A stretch of 63,744 bases of DNA, filler included. It is 12 parts of 12 records of this genome, joined end to end, with 100 filler letters (N's around TTAATTAATTAA, not from the genome) between each part and the next. Parts side by side here need not be neighbours in the genome. Positions count along the whole stretch, not along the records: positions 41,408 to 53,775 come from SRR15195285_4087; positions 53,876 to 60,241 come from SRR15195285_4088; 10 more parts are not named here. One strand, 5' to 3'. Under the pieces are notes generated by a model. The model was given only the letters and a program-made list of their open reading frames with translations. It ran no database searches and was not told where the DNA came from. This document shows, in pieces, positions 45,087 through 56,800 of the stretch; the first letter of the stretch is position 1; every line of letters begins with the position of its first letter. A program made the translations under genes and the position numbers.

Positions 45087-47063
45087 ATGCCCTGGCAGCT
45101 CAAGGCGCCCTGGAGCGACTCGGTGCTGAGCGGCGTGGGACTGGATGTGTCGCGCTTTTCGACGAGCTCGCAGCAGCCGGAGTTTACGAGCGTTGCGACG
45201 GCAGTGCTGGTCATTGCCGTTTGTGCTGGTTTGCTTCGGCTCTTCGACCGTCTGCCGCACCTGAAGCCGTGGCGGTGGCGCAACCCACCGCTGTCCTCAG
45301 TCGCAGAGCTGCGGAAGCGCCTCCGACCGCCACGAGTCGCTGCGCCAGTCGTGCCGTTGGTGTTGCCATCCACCTGCACCATCGTTCCTGGCACCGTAGA
45401 AACGCAGGCGGCAGTTGATCCAGCGGGCGTCGATCCCCAGGTGACTCCTGCGCTAGTCCTCGTAAACCGCAAGAGTGGAGGGCACACTGGTGAAGTGCTG
45501 CTGTCGTGCTTCTCCGACTTGCTCAATCCGTTGCAGGTGTGGGACCTGTCTGATGGTGGGCCACGCGACGCACTGGCGCTGTTTCGACGTGTGCCAAACC
45601 TCCGCGTTTTGGCGTGCGGTGGTGATGGAACTATCGGCTGGGTTGCTGAGGCGATGCGCGATGCTAACCTCGCTCCAGGTGCCGCGCTCTGCCCAGTGCC
45701 GCTTGGGACGGGCAACGACTTTGCCCGCGCGCTGGGCTGGGGCGGCGGGTTCGATGGCGATACACTTGCGAGTGTTGGCCGGTTGTTGAACACGATCGCT
45801 GCAGGCTATACCTCCTACATTGATCGTTGGCAGATCGCACAGGTTTCGCCTCCTGAGCACACCACCGTCACGGTCGGGAGGACGCCGCACAGCAAGACGG
45901 TAGCAATCACCGAGGCGCACCTAGCAGCCGAGGGCACTGATGAAGGGTTATTTCTACACTGGGACTTCCGTACTCAAGATCACGACATTGCATTTGAAGT
46001 TGTGTTCATACCGGACGGGAGCTCCGCTGACAAAGAGCCACGCGTTGTGTTTGCGAGGCAGAGGCTTGCAGCCCACAAGTCTCCTATGGTCGGAAAGCTG
46101 CAGGTGGAACACGCAGGAACGTTTAAGCTTCGATGGGATAACTCTTACTCGAGACTGCGCCGAAAGCATCTTATGCATCGTGTCTGGTTGAGTTCCACCA
46201 GTACATCAACGCCTTCGTCGAATAGTCAAGGACGAACGCAAATTTCGATGACGACTGAGGCCCGGACTGCCGAAGCCATGGCCAGCGGTGCTAGGTCATT
46301 TTCAGAGGTCGGTATGACAGCAGACTCAGTGAAAAGGCTAGTGATGAACAACTATCTCGGTATCGGTGTTGATGCGGAAGTCACCTTAGCTTTTCATAGG
46401 TTACGCGTGGATAATCCGAAGCTTTTCTCTAACCGGATCATAAACAAGATTGGCTACCTGTGGATCGGAGCAAAGCTTTCATTGCGCCGATACATTTACC
46501 CAGCCACCTGCGGTGACCTGGGAGATAAGGTGCGGCTGTTTGCTGACGGGAAGCGGGTCGATTTACCAGCTGGGTTGAGTGGCATCATAATCCTTAATCT
46601 GCCCTCGTTTGGGGGCGGGCTCGATATGTGGGTCCCGCAATCAGGACAGGAATGGTCGCCTCAATCAATCAACGACGGGCGTGTGGAAGTTATCGGTGTG
46701 AACAGTTCACTCGACATAGCTTTACAAGGTGGACTTGCTGGTCTAGGCATGCAAGTAGCCGTTCGACTAGCACAGGCACGCGCTGTACGCCTGGAGCTCA
46801 AGTCTCACGTCCCTTGCAGTGATGAAGGTGGCTCTGAGATCGCCGTACAATGCGATGGCGAACCATGGCTTTCAAGTCCTGGTAGTGCCATTGCAGTTGC
46901 CAGCACAGGCCACACACCGGTTGTGCGACCGCGTATCCACGAGGGCCACGACGTTGTACGTATTGTCGACGATGTGATTTTGCAGGCCACAAGAGATGGT
47001 CTGATCGGCGAAGAGCAGCGGGTAGAGATCGCCCTACGGCTAGCCGCACGTCTGCCGAGCTGA
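45087..47063 (+). CDS. Diacylglycerol kinase with N-terminal TM segment and inserted GOLD domain
   Basis: VNRKSGG, LLNPLQV.DL, CGGDGTIGWV, PLGTGNDFAR.LGWG; accessory domain NNYLGIGVDA, LNLPSFGGG, QCDGEPW; GOLD W.F.T..HDI.F...G.F.L.WDNSYS. Confidence 0.9.
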   Translation: MPWQLKAPWSDSVLSGVGLDVSRFSTSSQQPEFTSVATAVLVIAVCAGLLRLFDRLPHLKPWRWRNPPLSSVAELRKRLRPPRVAAPVVPLVLPSTCTIVPGTVETQAAVDPAGVDPQVTPALVLVNRKSGGHTGEVLLSCFSDLLNPLQVWDLSDGGPRDALALFRRVPNLRVLACGGDGTIGWVAEAMRDANLAPGAALCPVPLGTGNDFARALGWGGGFDGDTLASVGRLLNTIAAGYTSYIDRWQIAQVSPPEHTTVTVGRTPHSKTVAITEAHLAAEGTDEGLFLHWDFRTQDHDIAFEVVFIPDGSSADKEPRVVFARQRLAAHKSPMVGKLQVEHAGTFKLRWDNSYSRLRRKHLMHRVWLSSTSTSTPSSNSQGRTQISMTTEARTAEAMASGARSFSEVGMTADSVKRLVMNNYLGIGVDAEVTLAFHRLRVDNPKLFSNRIINKIGYLWIGAKLSLRRYIYPATCGDLGDKVRLFADGKRVDLPAGLSGIIILNLPSFGGGLDMWVPQSGQEWSPQSINDGRVEVIGVNSSLDIALQGGLAGLGMQVAVRLAQARAVRLELKSHVPCSDEGGSEIAVQCDGEPWLSSPGSAIAVASTGHTPVVRPRIHEGHDVVRIVDDVILQATRDGLIGEEQRVEIALRLAARLPS

Positions 47064-47075
47064 CGTGGCAGGTCA

Positions 47076-48665
47076 TCAATTCGATTTTGTGTTGGCCACT
47101 CGCCGCAAAATCGTCTCCATGTCAGCAGATCGCATCGTCATGACCAAAAGTACAGCCACGCTGCAGCTGACCGGCCTGGCCTCTTCATGAAGTACAGCGT
47201 CGTCAGCCAAGACGACCTGCGCAAGCTCTTCCTTGTGCGAGGCAGCCTCTTTGGGTTCGCCAACAGGGCAGTTGTTTTTGACGAGGCAGTCACGGCCACT
47301 CGACCTCATTAGCTTACTAGCTTCATCAAACTCACACACGTTCTCTGTCAGTGATTCGACTAGCGATACCTCAAAAGCCTCGAGCTTCACACTCTGTAGC
47401 GAAATTGCGTCCGCACCTTGCGACTCATGTGGTTGCAGGAGAAGGCGCAGCATGGCTGTTTTGCGCTCCTCGTCGGCGTCTGCAATCGAATAGATCTGGT
47501 TCACAAGTCCAATTAGGGCTAGCCATTCTCTCATACTCCAATCTGTAATGGTAGCTGATATGATACCCATTCTGACGTTCCTGATCTTCATCAGTACTAT
47601 TGCTGGTGCGACCACATGCATCGCTGCAAGAACGATGCTAAAGAGTACTGCAATCAAAGTTAGCACAAGGCAAGCTGACCATACGCAACAGCCTGTGAGC
47701 AGGCGACTGTCACAGTCAGTCTGAAAGTCTTTCTGAGCAGTACGCGTCCTGTCCACAGCGCGGCGCATCTTCATGAATGTCGCAGAGAAAATTCTCAGGT
47801 GTTCTGCCGTTGGCATTAGTCGCAGGAACGAGAAGGCTGCAACATCCGAAAGCACTCGGTACGCTGTGATCATGAGCGACACTTTTGACACGAAACCACG
47901 ATTGCACCATACCTTGGCCGAGAGTACAGCAAGTACAACCCCAAGTGCAACTAAACGTAGCCAGACTCCTGCGCACTCCAAGACTGTAGCCACCAGCTCC
48001 GAAACAAGGTACATGTCCTCATCTATGCTGCCGGCGCTACCACTGGCACTGGTACTTCCATCTGCGGTGCCTGTTAACCAACAGTCAACTGCTATGTAGG
48101 CAGCGTCTAGTGTACATGCTGCGTTGAGGCAGGCGCGCAGCACGAGCGATGCCATCGCAGCGTATGTACTGCACGAAGGGCGCAGCAGAAGCCGCGCGTT
48201 CTTCAGTACCTGCCGGCGTCCAGCGCTGCAGTAAAAAAATCCACCGTGTACTGTTGCATATTTGACGTTGCTGAGCAGCGACTTCCGACCTGTGAATCCG
48301 TGGTCAAAAAGTGTCTGGGGCTGTTTCTGCTCTGACTGCGTCTGCTGGTCCTTCTCGACGTCCACGTCGTTGCCTCCGGCGAGGGCCTCGGCTTCCCTGA
48401 CTTCGCGCGGCGTGGTAATCGTCGTAACAAAGGTACGTTTGTTGAAGTATTTGACCTGCTTCTTATCCAGCCACCGCTGCCAATCAGTGCCTGGCACGTC
48501 GCCGAGCACGCCTAGCGACGACGATCTAGGCTGTGGTACGCCAGGCAGCGCAGGAGGCGCCATCGCCATCCCGACGCTCCTGTTCACACGAGGTGGAGCT
48601 CCACGTGGGCTGTCAACGGCTGAGCCATCCGGAAGCCTGCTGGCTTCCTCCCGCCAGATGAGCAC
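47076..48665 (-). CDS. Hypothetical multi-pass membrane protein with N-terminal WW-like motif
   Basis: DWQRWLD...KYFNKRT..T..TP followed by several hydrophobic helices. The start is uncertain. Confidence 0.55.
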   Translation of the reverse strand: MLIWREEASRLPDGSAVDSPRGAPPRVNRSVGMAMAPPALPGVPQPRSSSLGVLGDVPGTDWQRWLDKKQVKYFNKRTFVTTITTPREVREAEALAGGNDVDVEKDQQTQSEQKQPQTLFDHGFTGRKSLLSNVKYATVHGGFFYCSAGRRQVLKNARLLLRPSCSTYAAMASLVLRACLNAACTLDAAYIAVDCWLTGTADGSTSASGSAGSIDEDMYLVSELVATVLECAGVWLRLVALGVVLAVLSAKVWCNRGFVSKVSLMITAYRVLSDVAAFSFLRLMPTAEHLRIFSATFMKMRRAVDRTRTAQKDFQTDCDSRLLTGCCVWSACLVLTLIAVLFSIVLAAMHVVAPAIVLMKIRNVRMGIISATITDWSMREWLALIGLVNQIYSIADADEERKTAMLRLLLQPHESQGADAISLQSVKLEAFEVSLVESLTENVCEFDEASKLMRSSGRDCLVKNNCPVGEPKEAASHKEELAQVVLADDAVLHEEARPVSCSVAVLLVMTMRSADMETILRRVANTKSN

Positions 48666-49186
48666 TGCGCCTCGAGGGCCCTCTCTCTCCCTTCTCTGAG
48701 TGCTGACCGAGCGCCGCGGCGGTGGTCAGCAGTGCTCAGCCGGGCAGCTGCAGGTGGCGCCCGCCGCCCGGGCAGCTCCCGGCGGCGAGCGGCGTTTGCC
48801 ACGAAGGTGTCGTCAACGTCGTAAGAAGTCGTCCGAGGAACGCTGGAACGGGCGGGGGACAGAAGTGGTGACCGGGGGATCCCGAATATTGTACACGTAG
48901 GAACTTGCGGCTATCCGTATAAGAAATTCGAGAAGTGCACCTCGACCAAAACAAAACGATTCCGGAGCGCGAAAACTGGAACTTCACTCCCGGATTCACC
49001 CCAGACCCCACCGGATCCGGAAGTGGACGATCACAAATTCGACAAATCCCGCATCACTCGAATCAAGTTTTGGATGTCAGTGTACTCGAGTATCAACGGT
49101 CGATCTGTGATCTGAGGCGCGTCGACGGAACGTTGAGCACCTTGCGGCGAGGTTTCTACGGCAGCGGGGTTGGGCGCCAGGGCGTG

Positions 49187-52064
49187 ATGATGTACGGCGC
49201 GTCGCCACCACGGAACCACATGGGCTTTGGCTCGCCACCGAGCTTGGGCGGATCCCCCAAGCAGTACGGGGGGTCGCTCAGCGTGGGGGATATGGGTGGC
49301 TGGATGGGAGTGGGGGAGATGGCAGGGAGCGCTTTTGTGGACCCGAGCGGCTTCTATGGGGACAATGTGGTGATCGACGACAGCATGATGATGATGGGCG
49401 ATGCGTCGTGCCCGTCGCTGTCCCTTGACGATCAGCCGTCTAGCGCTGGGAGGCTGAGCATCGACGCGATGCCGGCAGGCATGATGGGCGGACTTGGCTC
49501 GCCACCTATGGTGGGTGTCATGCCTGTGCCACTGCATGCGCCACCCTCGGAGAGCGGCCTCCCGCAGCCCACGTCCATTCGCGGCTCGCCGCTTGCAACC
49601 TCGGACACCGCCATCAGCGGATCACCGCTCGCGAAGTTTGCTGGGGAAAATATCAAGCCGGTGCAGATCACAGCGCCTGCCGCGCCGCCCGCAGCCACCA
49701 AACCAGTCAGCCGGCGCAAGGCTAAAGCTGAGAACGGCGAGTCCGGACGCGTTTCCAAGAAACCATGGAACGACGAAGAGGACACGCGGGTAAGGGAGCT
49801 GGTCTCTATCCATGGCGCCAAAAACTGGCCGTTGATTGCGGACCACCTGCCTGGGCGTGTCGGCAAGCAGTGCCGGGAACGGTGAGTCCCGCTCGCTACG
49901 CTAAGCAGTGCCTTGCGTGACGTTGCAGAGCACGCTCACACGTGTGCCGCACAGGTGGCTCAATCACCTGAACCCGTCCGTGAAGAAGGGGCCGTGGGCA
50001 ATCGAGGAAGAGGAGACTCTGATCCATGGCCATCGGTAAGTGCAGATGATTTTTTTAATGCACTGATACGGCCTGTGCTGATTCCTGGTGTGACTGGCCA
50101 TTTTGCCTGATGCAGCCTGCACGGCAACAAGTGGGTAGACATTGCTAAGATGTTGCCTGGCCGACGTGACAACGCGATCAAGAATTACTGGAACAGCCGC
50201 ACATTCCAGGCGAAGCTAAAGTCTGTCACCGAGGCGATGGACGCCCGTGGAGGACTTCCTCGCCCCATCAAAGATGCTATGCCAGTAGACATTGGCCACA
50301 GAACCACCGAGGACCGCCAAAATGCAGCGCAAGAGCGCGCCATACAGACTTCAGTCACTAAGTCAGGTCGCGTCTCCCGCCCTCACCAGACGGAAGATGA
50401 TTCGGGCGACAAAGAGAACGCCGATGAAAAGACCGAGCAGAAGAGTGCCGCAGAACAGAACACAGAGGAGACCACTGTTGTGAAGAGTAAGAAGAAGGGA
50501 TCTGCACCGAAAACTCAGGCTGAGAAAGCTATCCCCAAGGTCGAGAAGAAAGAAAAGGCAGAAGACGAAGTTTCTCGTATGCCGTACACCAAAGGAGAGA
50601 ACTGCATCGCAGAATCTGATGGAGCGTGGTATGAGGCTGTGATCATGCAGGTTGAGGTTGCTCGCAAAAGTGACCCTTACTTGGTCCATTACAATGGTTG
50701 GGAATCCAAGTGGGACGAATGGCTGACTCAGGAACAACTTATGAAGATGCCCGATCTTTCGCAGCTGTCACCGACCGGCACCAGAAAGCTGAGCGTAACT
50801 GAGCCCACAGTCACAATTGATGACCTGGCCAGTTCCTGCCCTAAGGTAACTGAGCAGCTGCCAGAAGGACACAGCTTCTCACTGCTGACAGCGAGGGTTC
50901 ACCGGGCTCGGTCACCAGAGCATGCGATGCTGGGTGCCTACAAGACCTTGGCGAGCGAGTTGCTCCCCTCCCTGCGCGGCCGTTGCCACCTACACAATCT
51001 TACATTTTCGAAAAGCAACACCACTCTTGTCATGGTGAGTGCATCTATCCCACAGCTGTGTCTTGACAGTGGACAACAAATCAAGGATCAAAGCTTCTCA
51101 TGTATGGATTTGTGCGATCTGCAGACGGACGGTGACAAGGTGATTGGTGGCGCGACATTCCGGCTTTTCCGCTCCGGCCAAGATGCCTTGGTCCTCGATG
51201 TACTTACTCTTGCAGTGAGGCAAGAGTCAAAAATTTGCGGTCGAGGCTATGGCACGATGATGGTCAATGTATTGAAGGCTCTTGTACTCCAAGAAGCTCG
51301 CGAGATGGTGCGACAGCTGTGCATCATACGGCACATGAGCTCGCGTGGCGGCGCTCACTTCCATTGCGTGCAACTTTTGCTGCGCAGATGAAAGATAAAG
51401 TTGGTGGGAAAGTCAGCTGCTTCCTCATCACACAAGCGGATGAGGGCCCGAAAGCACTAAATTTCTGGTTGAAGCAGCGAGTGTCTGAGGGTGTCGCTGC
51501 AAAGTCGGCGCTGGAGTGCATCCACGAGGCGGACCCGAAAAAGACCGTGTGGTACGATCACGCGACGCCGATGCTCTGCGCGATCAACTCCACAACGTAA
51601 GTTTGACAAATGAGCTGGCTCCATGTCTGGTTCGATTGCTCGCCTGCTGAACTGGTGGCTGTGCGTTCAGGTCTATGGTTGAGGTAAACACCAGCAGCCG
51701 AGCGCAGGTATCTGAGCCGCCTGCCGAAGCCAAGGTAGAAACACAGCCAACGGCGTCTCCTCAAATCAAGCAGGAAGTTGAGGACGAGGTCACAGTCGCA
51801 CCCGCGCCGAGCAGGAGGGGCACTCGCGGTATGCAATCGCCTGACAGGTCTGCTCCAGCGAGCACGCGCACGATGGGGACGCGCAGGACACGCGCTGCCA
51901 AAGCTGGCGGTTCCGAGTCATCATCCGAGCCAACCCAGGTCAGCACGCGAAGATCGAGACGCGGGGCAGCAGCGAAAGCTAAAGTGGAGGAAGACGGCAT
52001 GGTCACGCCCGCAACGCAGCGGCTGCATTCCCTCGTGCAGAAGATGACAGATATTGAAGTGTGA
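49187..52064 (+). CDS. R2R3-MYB + Tudor-knot (chromo-barrel) + GCN5-like GNAT fusion protein, 6 exons
   Basis: Spliced MYB: KKPWNDEED...GAKNW..IA...GR.GKQCRERWLNHLNP.VKKGPW..EEE...HGNKW..IAK.LPGR.DNAIKNYWNS. Tudor-knot: WYEAVI...YLVHYNGW.SKWDEW. GNAT: VIGGATFR...LAV...GRGYGT..VN.LK...LITQAD...ALNFW.KQ. Introns 49882-49954, 50036-50115, 51034-51124, 51308-51387, 51597-51671. Confidence 0.88.
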
Positions 52065-52124
52065 AGCAGCAGCACAGGAGAACGTGCCAGTCGACGTAAA
52101 GTCATGTAGTATTGTGTCTTATAC

Positions 52125-53483
52125 TTATAAGTCGTCTCCATCGTCTGCTGCTGTGACCTGTGTCTCCTGCCCCTCCAGTTCTCCTTCGGGGTCCTCTTTC
52201 ACCACACTCTCAGCGGACTCCCCACCATCAGCCTCCTCCCCTAAATCTCCGAAGTCATCATCCTGGTCATCGTCGATCTCCTGCCGTTTGTTTGCCGCTT
52301 GCTCGATGTCGTCCTCAGTAGGATCGTGGCGCAGCACGAGCAACGAGTCACGGTCTGCTGCGGTCTCATCCGTCTCGTCCGTGCGCACGCGCTTTTTCAA
52401 CCGGAAATAATTGTCCAGGTTCTTGTAAAGGTATGGTCCCTTCTGATCCGGCCTGTAGACCAAATTGGTCTTGCCAGCCTCCTTCTTTTTCTCCTCGGTG
52501 TCAGCGACGTTTGCAAAAGTGTACGACCGCAACCGCCGATAATCGGTAGGCTTGCCCTCGTCTGCTGGCTCCTCAGCCTCTGCGTCGTCCGCCTTCCGTT
52601 TGCACGTCGGCACGAGGTATGCCATCCACTGCTCATTCTCAGACGATAGGCCTTGGATGATTGGCCGGCCACCTTGTACGATGGTTGCGCCGTCTTTCGA
52701 CTGCCGTGCCGGCAACACTTTCGGCGGCGGTTCGTCAAATGCTGCGTGGACAAGATCAATTCCCCACCGGTCTACATCTGGCAGCAGCGGCGTCACCTCA
52801 ACAGCCGTAACGCCCTTCTTCTGCGGATGCTGCAGCTGCCCGGGCACCATCGCTGCCGCTTCAGCGAACGAGTCCTCGACAATGCCGATGCGTGCATCGA
52901 CCGAGTCCTCGTTCTGCACCGCGCGCTGGACGCCCGGGGATAGCAGCAGAGAGTCGTCCTCGAGTTTGCTGTTCAGCTCGCCACGATACTCCTTCGCCGC
53001 CAGCGGATCGACGTAATACGTCGCGAGGAACCACGGCATGGGGGCGCCACGCTCTACCTTCTTCTCCTCCAGCGACGCCTGCCCCTCAATCAACTCAAGG
53101 TCAAGCTCGTGTAGCTGCGGCTCTTCCCCGGTCACCGTGTATTGTTCCGGGTCGATGAGATCGATCGGCACCCCGAGGTCGGGCTCCGACAAGATCGGCG
53201 CAGCCTGGCTGTACGCCTTCTCTAACGCGGTCCCGCTCGGGCCGCGCCGCACGTAGCGCATCGGGTCGAACGGGTACTGCAGCAGCTTTGAGTCCTGCGG
53301 CACGTCGGGAAGCGAGTTGGTGCACTTGTACCGGCAGATGAAGTCCGACTTCATCCACAGTGGGTTGCCCTTCCGCAGGTCCGCCGCGCCGCCGCCGGAC
53401 GACCCTCGCTTCGAACCTCCGGAGCGCGAGGACGACGAACGCCGCTTGCTCGCATCCCGCCCGGAGGGCTGCGCCGACGCCAT
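52125..53483 (-). CDS. PAF1: RNA polymerase II-associated factor 1 (Paf1)
   Basis: SDFICRYKCTNSLPDVP.D.KLL, LEK...EPDLGVPIDLIDP, VEDSF...HP.K....VEV.PLLPD, Y...R.Y, acidic C-terminus. Confidence 0.88.
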   Translation of the reverse strand: MASAQPSGRDASKRRSSSSRSGGSKRGSSGGGAADLRKGNPLWMKSDFICRYKCTNSLPDVPQDSKLLQYPFDPMRYVRRGPSGTALEKAYSQAAPILSEPDLGVPIDLIDPEQYTVTGEEPQLHELDLELIEGQASLEEKKVERGAPMPWFLATYYVDPLAAKEYRGELNSKLEDDSLLLSPGVQRAVQNEDSVDARIGIVEDSFAEAAAMVPGQLQHPQKKGVTAVEVTPLLPDVDRWGIDLVHAAFDEPPPKVLPARQSKDGATIVQGGRPIIQGLSSENEQWMAYLVPTCKRKADDAEAEEPADEGKPTDYRRLRSYTFANVADTEEKKKEAGKTNLVYRPDQKGPYLYKNLDNYFRLKKRVRTDETDETAADRDSLLVLRHDPTEDDIEQAANKRQEIDDDQDDDFGDLGEEADGGESAESVVKEDPEGELEGQETQVTAADDGDDL

Positions 53484-53875
53484 CGGAGGGGCAGCCACGA
53501 CCACAACCACAGCAATCACAAAGCGCCGCAGGAGTGACCGGGGGGGTGGGGTGGCGGGGGGGAAGCAGCCCAAGTCCCCCTGGTGGCGCCAGTGCAGCGT
53601 CCACAGCCACAGTATCCACACCCCCTTGCTGTACACCTGTCAGCGCGGGCCACAGCGCTGCTAGCCCAGGCTAGCGCGTCTAGCAGTAGCAGCACAGGCC
53701 GACGGCGGAGCAGCAGCGGAGCGCCCCCTAGTGGACCACCCCGTGCACCACCACCACCCCCCCCCCCCCCCCCCCNNNNNNNNNNNNNNNNNNNNNNNNN
53801 NNNNNNNNNNNNNNNNNNNTTAATTAATTAANNNNNNNNNNNNNNNNNNNNNNNNNNNNNNNNNNNNNNNNNNNN

Positions 53876-56800
53876 ATCGTAAAAGAAGAGAAAGAAGCAG
53901 CTCGACTGGTTGAGGAGGAAGCAGCAGCAGCAGTGCAATTGGCTGCTGCGGCGGAAGCAGCAGCACGACTGGCTTCTGAGGAGGAAGATGCAGCTCGTAT
54001 CAGCGCAGAAGAAGAGAAAGAAGCAGCTCGACTAGCTGCTGAGGAGAAGGAGGCTAGTCAGATTAGGGAGCTCGATCAGTCACAAGCAATGGACAAGGCG
54101 GCCCGTGATTTAGATGTAGCTGCCGCCAAAGGTGATAGTAGCGCAATCGCTGAGGCACTTGGTACAGGTCTAGATTTGGAGACCGCTGGATTGGATGGAC
54201 GAACCGCGTTGTGGGTTGCTGCGAGCTGTGGCCATACAGAGGTGGTGCAGATGCTAATCGAAGCTGGGGCAAACCTCAATCCTGTGTGTGCATCGACTTC
54301 TTTCGCAGCACTGCATGCTGCTGTACAAGCTGGTCATGCGCCCGTAGTGTCTTTGCTAGCGAAAGCTGGGGTAAATACCAGCCTGACCGACAAAACAGGG
54401 AAAACGCCTTTGGATCTAGCAAAACGAAAGCGCTTGCAAGAAGTGATTGCTATTTTGCAGCCACGCACCGGTTCTGATAATGGGTCTTCTGCAGCGGTAG
54501 AGTCTGGAGTCGATGCTCAACCTGAGGAGCAGCAGGCGATAGGTGCACAGAAAGAATTATCTCATTTCGATTTCGAGATGCTTCGTTTGCATGAGCTGCA
54601 TAAAGTCTCAATGCAGCAACTTGAGACTGCTGAGGCAGCGTTGAAACCGACCAGTGCTGGCGTGCAAAGGGAAGGTGTAGAGACAGACGCTGGCCCACGA
54701 CGACGAGCCCATGGAACTAGTGAAGTAGCAAGTCTCCACCACCTGGAAAGCGAGATGGCTTATTCACTAGACGTGCTGCGACAGGAGTATGAGTCGGAAG
54801 TTGCCGACTTCAAAGAAGCCCTGACTGAGGCTCAAACTGAAGCGGCTATCTCTGCTACTGCAAATACAGCAAATTCCCTCTCGGAGCAACATGCTAAGAA
54901 CGCCGCTTTGCAGCTTGAAGCCGATCGCCTTGGCACAGAAGTGCTGGCTGCAGCGCGTGAGTCTCATGTGCTTACAGCAAAGGTCGATGAAGAGAAAGCA
55001 GCTCGCATGGTCGTAGAAGAACAACTTCGCCTTGCACTGGCGCAGCACGCCAAAGAAATCGCTGTTGTACGGCGTCCTCCGGCCGCTCCACCTCTACCCA
55101 AGCAGCCGGACATTCGTTCGGCACGGCGCTTCGCAACACAGAAGCAGGCAACTGCCCCCGAACTGTTGCCTCCCAGGTCCACAGTAGATGTGCAGCTTAA
55201 AAGGCTAACCACTGAAGATGGGTTACCAGCATTACTGCCATGGTTGGACAGTGATTTCTACGATTCAGATACGGTCGTCGTGTTCGATTTTGACTTGACG
55301 TTAAAAGCTCCGCCTAGGGTCGTCCGAGACCATCAGCGTACTCGTAGTGTACTCCAACAGTTGCGAGCACGTGGGATACCGGTAGTGGTGCTTACTGCTA
55401 CGAAACCATCTGTGTCTAACTGGGAGTCGGTCTGGCGAGAAGTGACCGATTTGCAGTTAGATGGTCTAATTGGACAAGGGCACAACCAAGATAGACCACC
55501 GGAGGGACACAGTACGTACGCCAGTGAGACTGGATTGTTCACGTCTCCGTGTTGGCAAGCCACAGCAGCACCAGACACAGAAATGGTCTGTGGCTCTGGA
55601 GTTGTCTTGTCGGGATACGAGAAGCCAACCTGCCTGCAGAAGTATTTGCAGTTGTACAACATGCACCCGAAGCACATTGTGTTCGTCGATGATTATGTGA
55701 TGAATTGTTTTACTGTGGGGATGCATTTTGCGGTCGAATGCTCTCGCTCCTGGATACTAGAGCGAGTCACGTCTGTTTGGTGGGATCCAACTGGAGTGCC
55801 AAACTTCAATCCAAATCCCACTGGAAGCGACAACTCGTACTCGTCCGAGGAGATAGTCGTCAAATGCCGCGAGATGTTTGAGCAAGACGGTAGGCTACCT
55901 CTGTCTTTGTTCGCACCCCCGAGTGTTGCCCTTCAAGTTGTTCATCAGGAGGAAGAACTGCAGCTACACGAGATTGTTGCCAGTCGTGGAGACACTAACG
56001 TTCTCCAGACTCTTTTGGGCGCTGTTCGGATTAACTGCGCAGGTCCCGATGGACGCTCAGCTTTATTCAATGCCGCAAATCTTGGTGACCATGGAGTTGT
56101 CGAGATGCTTCTCAATGCAAGCGCTGCTGTCAATATCCAAAATCCCGGCAGTTTATACACCCCTCTGCACGGTGCCGCCGTTGGTGGTCACACCGAAGTC
56201 GTTGAGCTGTTGCTCGCTTGCCGTGCAGATTCCACCAAGATGACTTCGAGGCACAAGACAGCGCGCGATATAGCGATTCAATTCCAACGCACAGGTGTCG
56301 CCGAATTGCTTGACAGCTACGAAAGCGACGAACTCCCCGGCGTACAGCAGCAGTCAGAAATGGCAAATATGCCAACGAATACCACAACCATTGTTGCGCC
56401 AAATGTTAAACATATCCTAGGGCTGACCACTGAAACACATGCCCAATGCGCACTGGAGCTGTCTACTTTGGCAAAGCAGTCCTTGGCGAGCCGATCACAT
56501 TTAGCGCAGGTCACCTTTGAACTCGAACGGACAGCGACACGGCGCACTGCTGCAAATCAAAATTCACAAACTACAGAAACATTCAATCATCTCACAGAAA
56601 GGCTTGACAAGCTGGACGCACTAGAAGGAGCGAAGCTGACCGCACAAGATTCAAGTTCACAAACGATCGTTTTTGAGGCAATCGACATTCTGGTGCAGAC
56701 AGATGAGACTATGGTAGATCTCGACGATGTGTATCGTGAGAACGAAGCGCTGCATCGCGATCTGATGACGATTTCACATGATCAGGTATGTCAAACGGAC

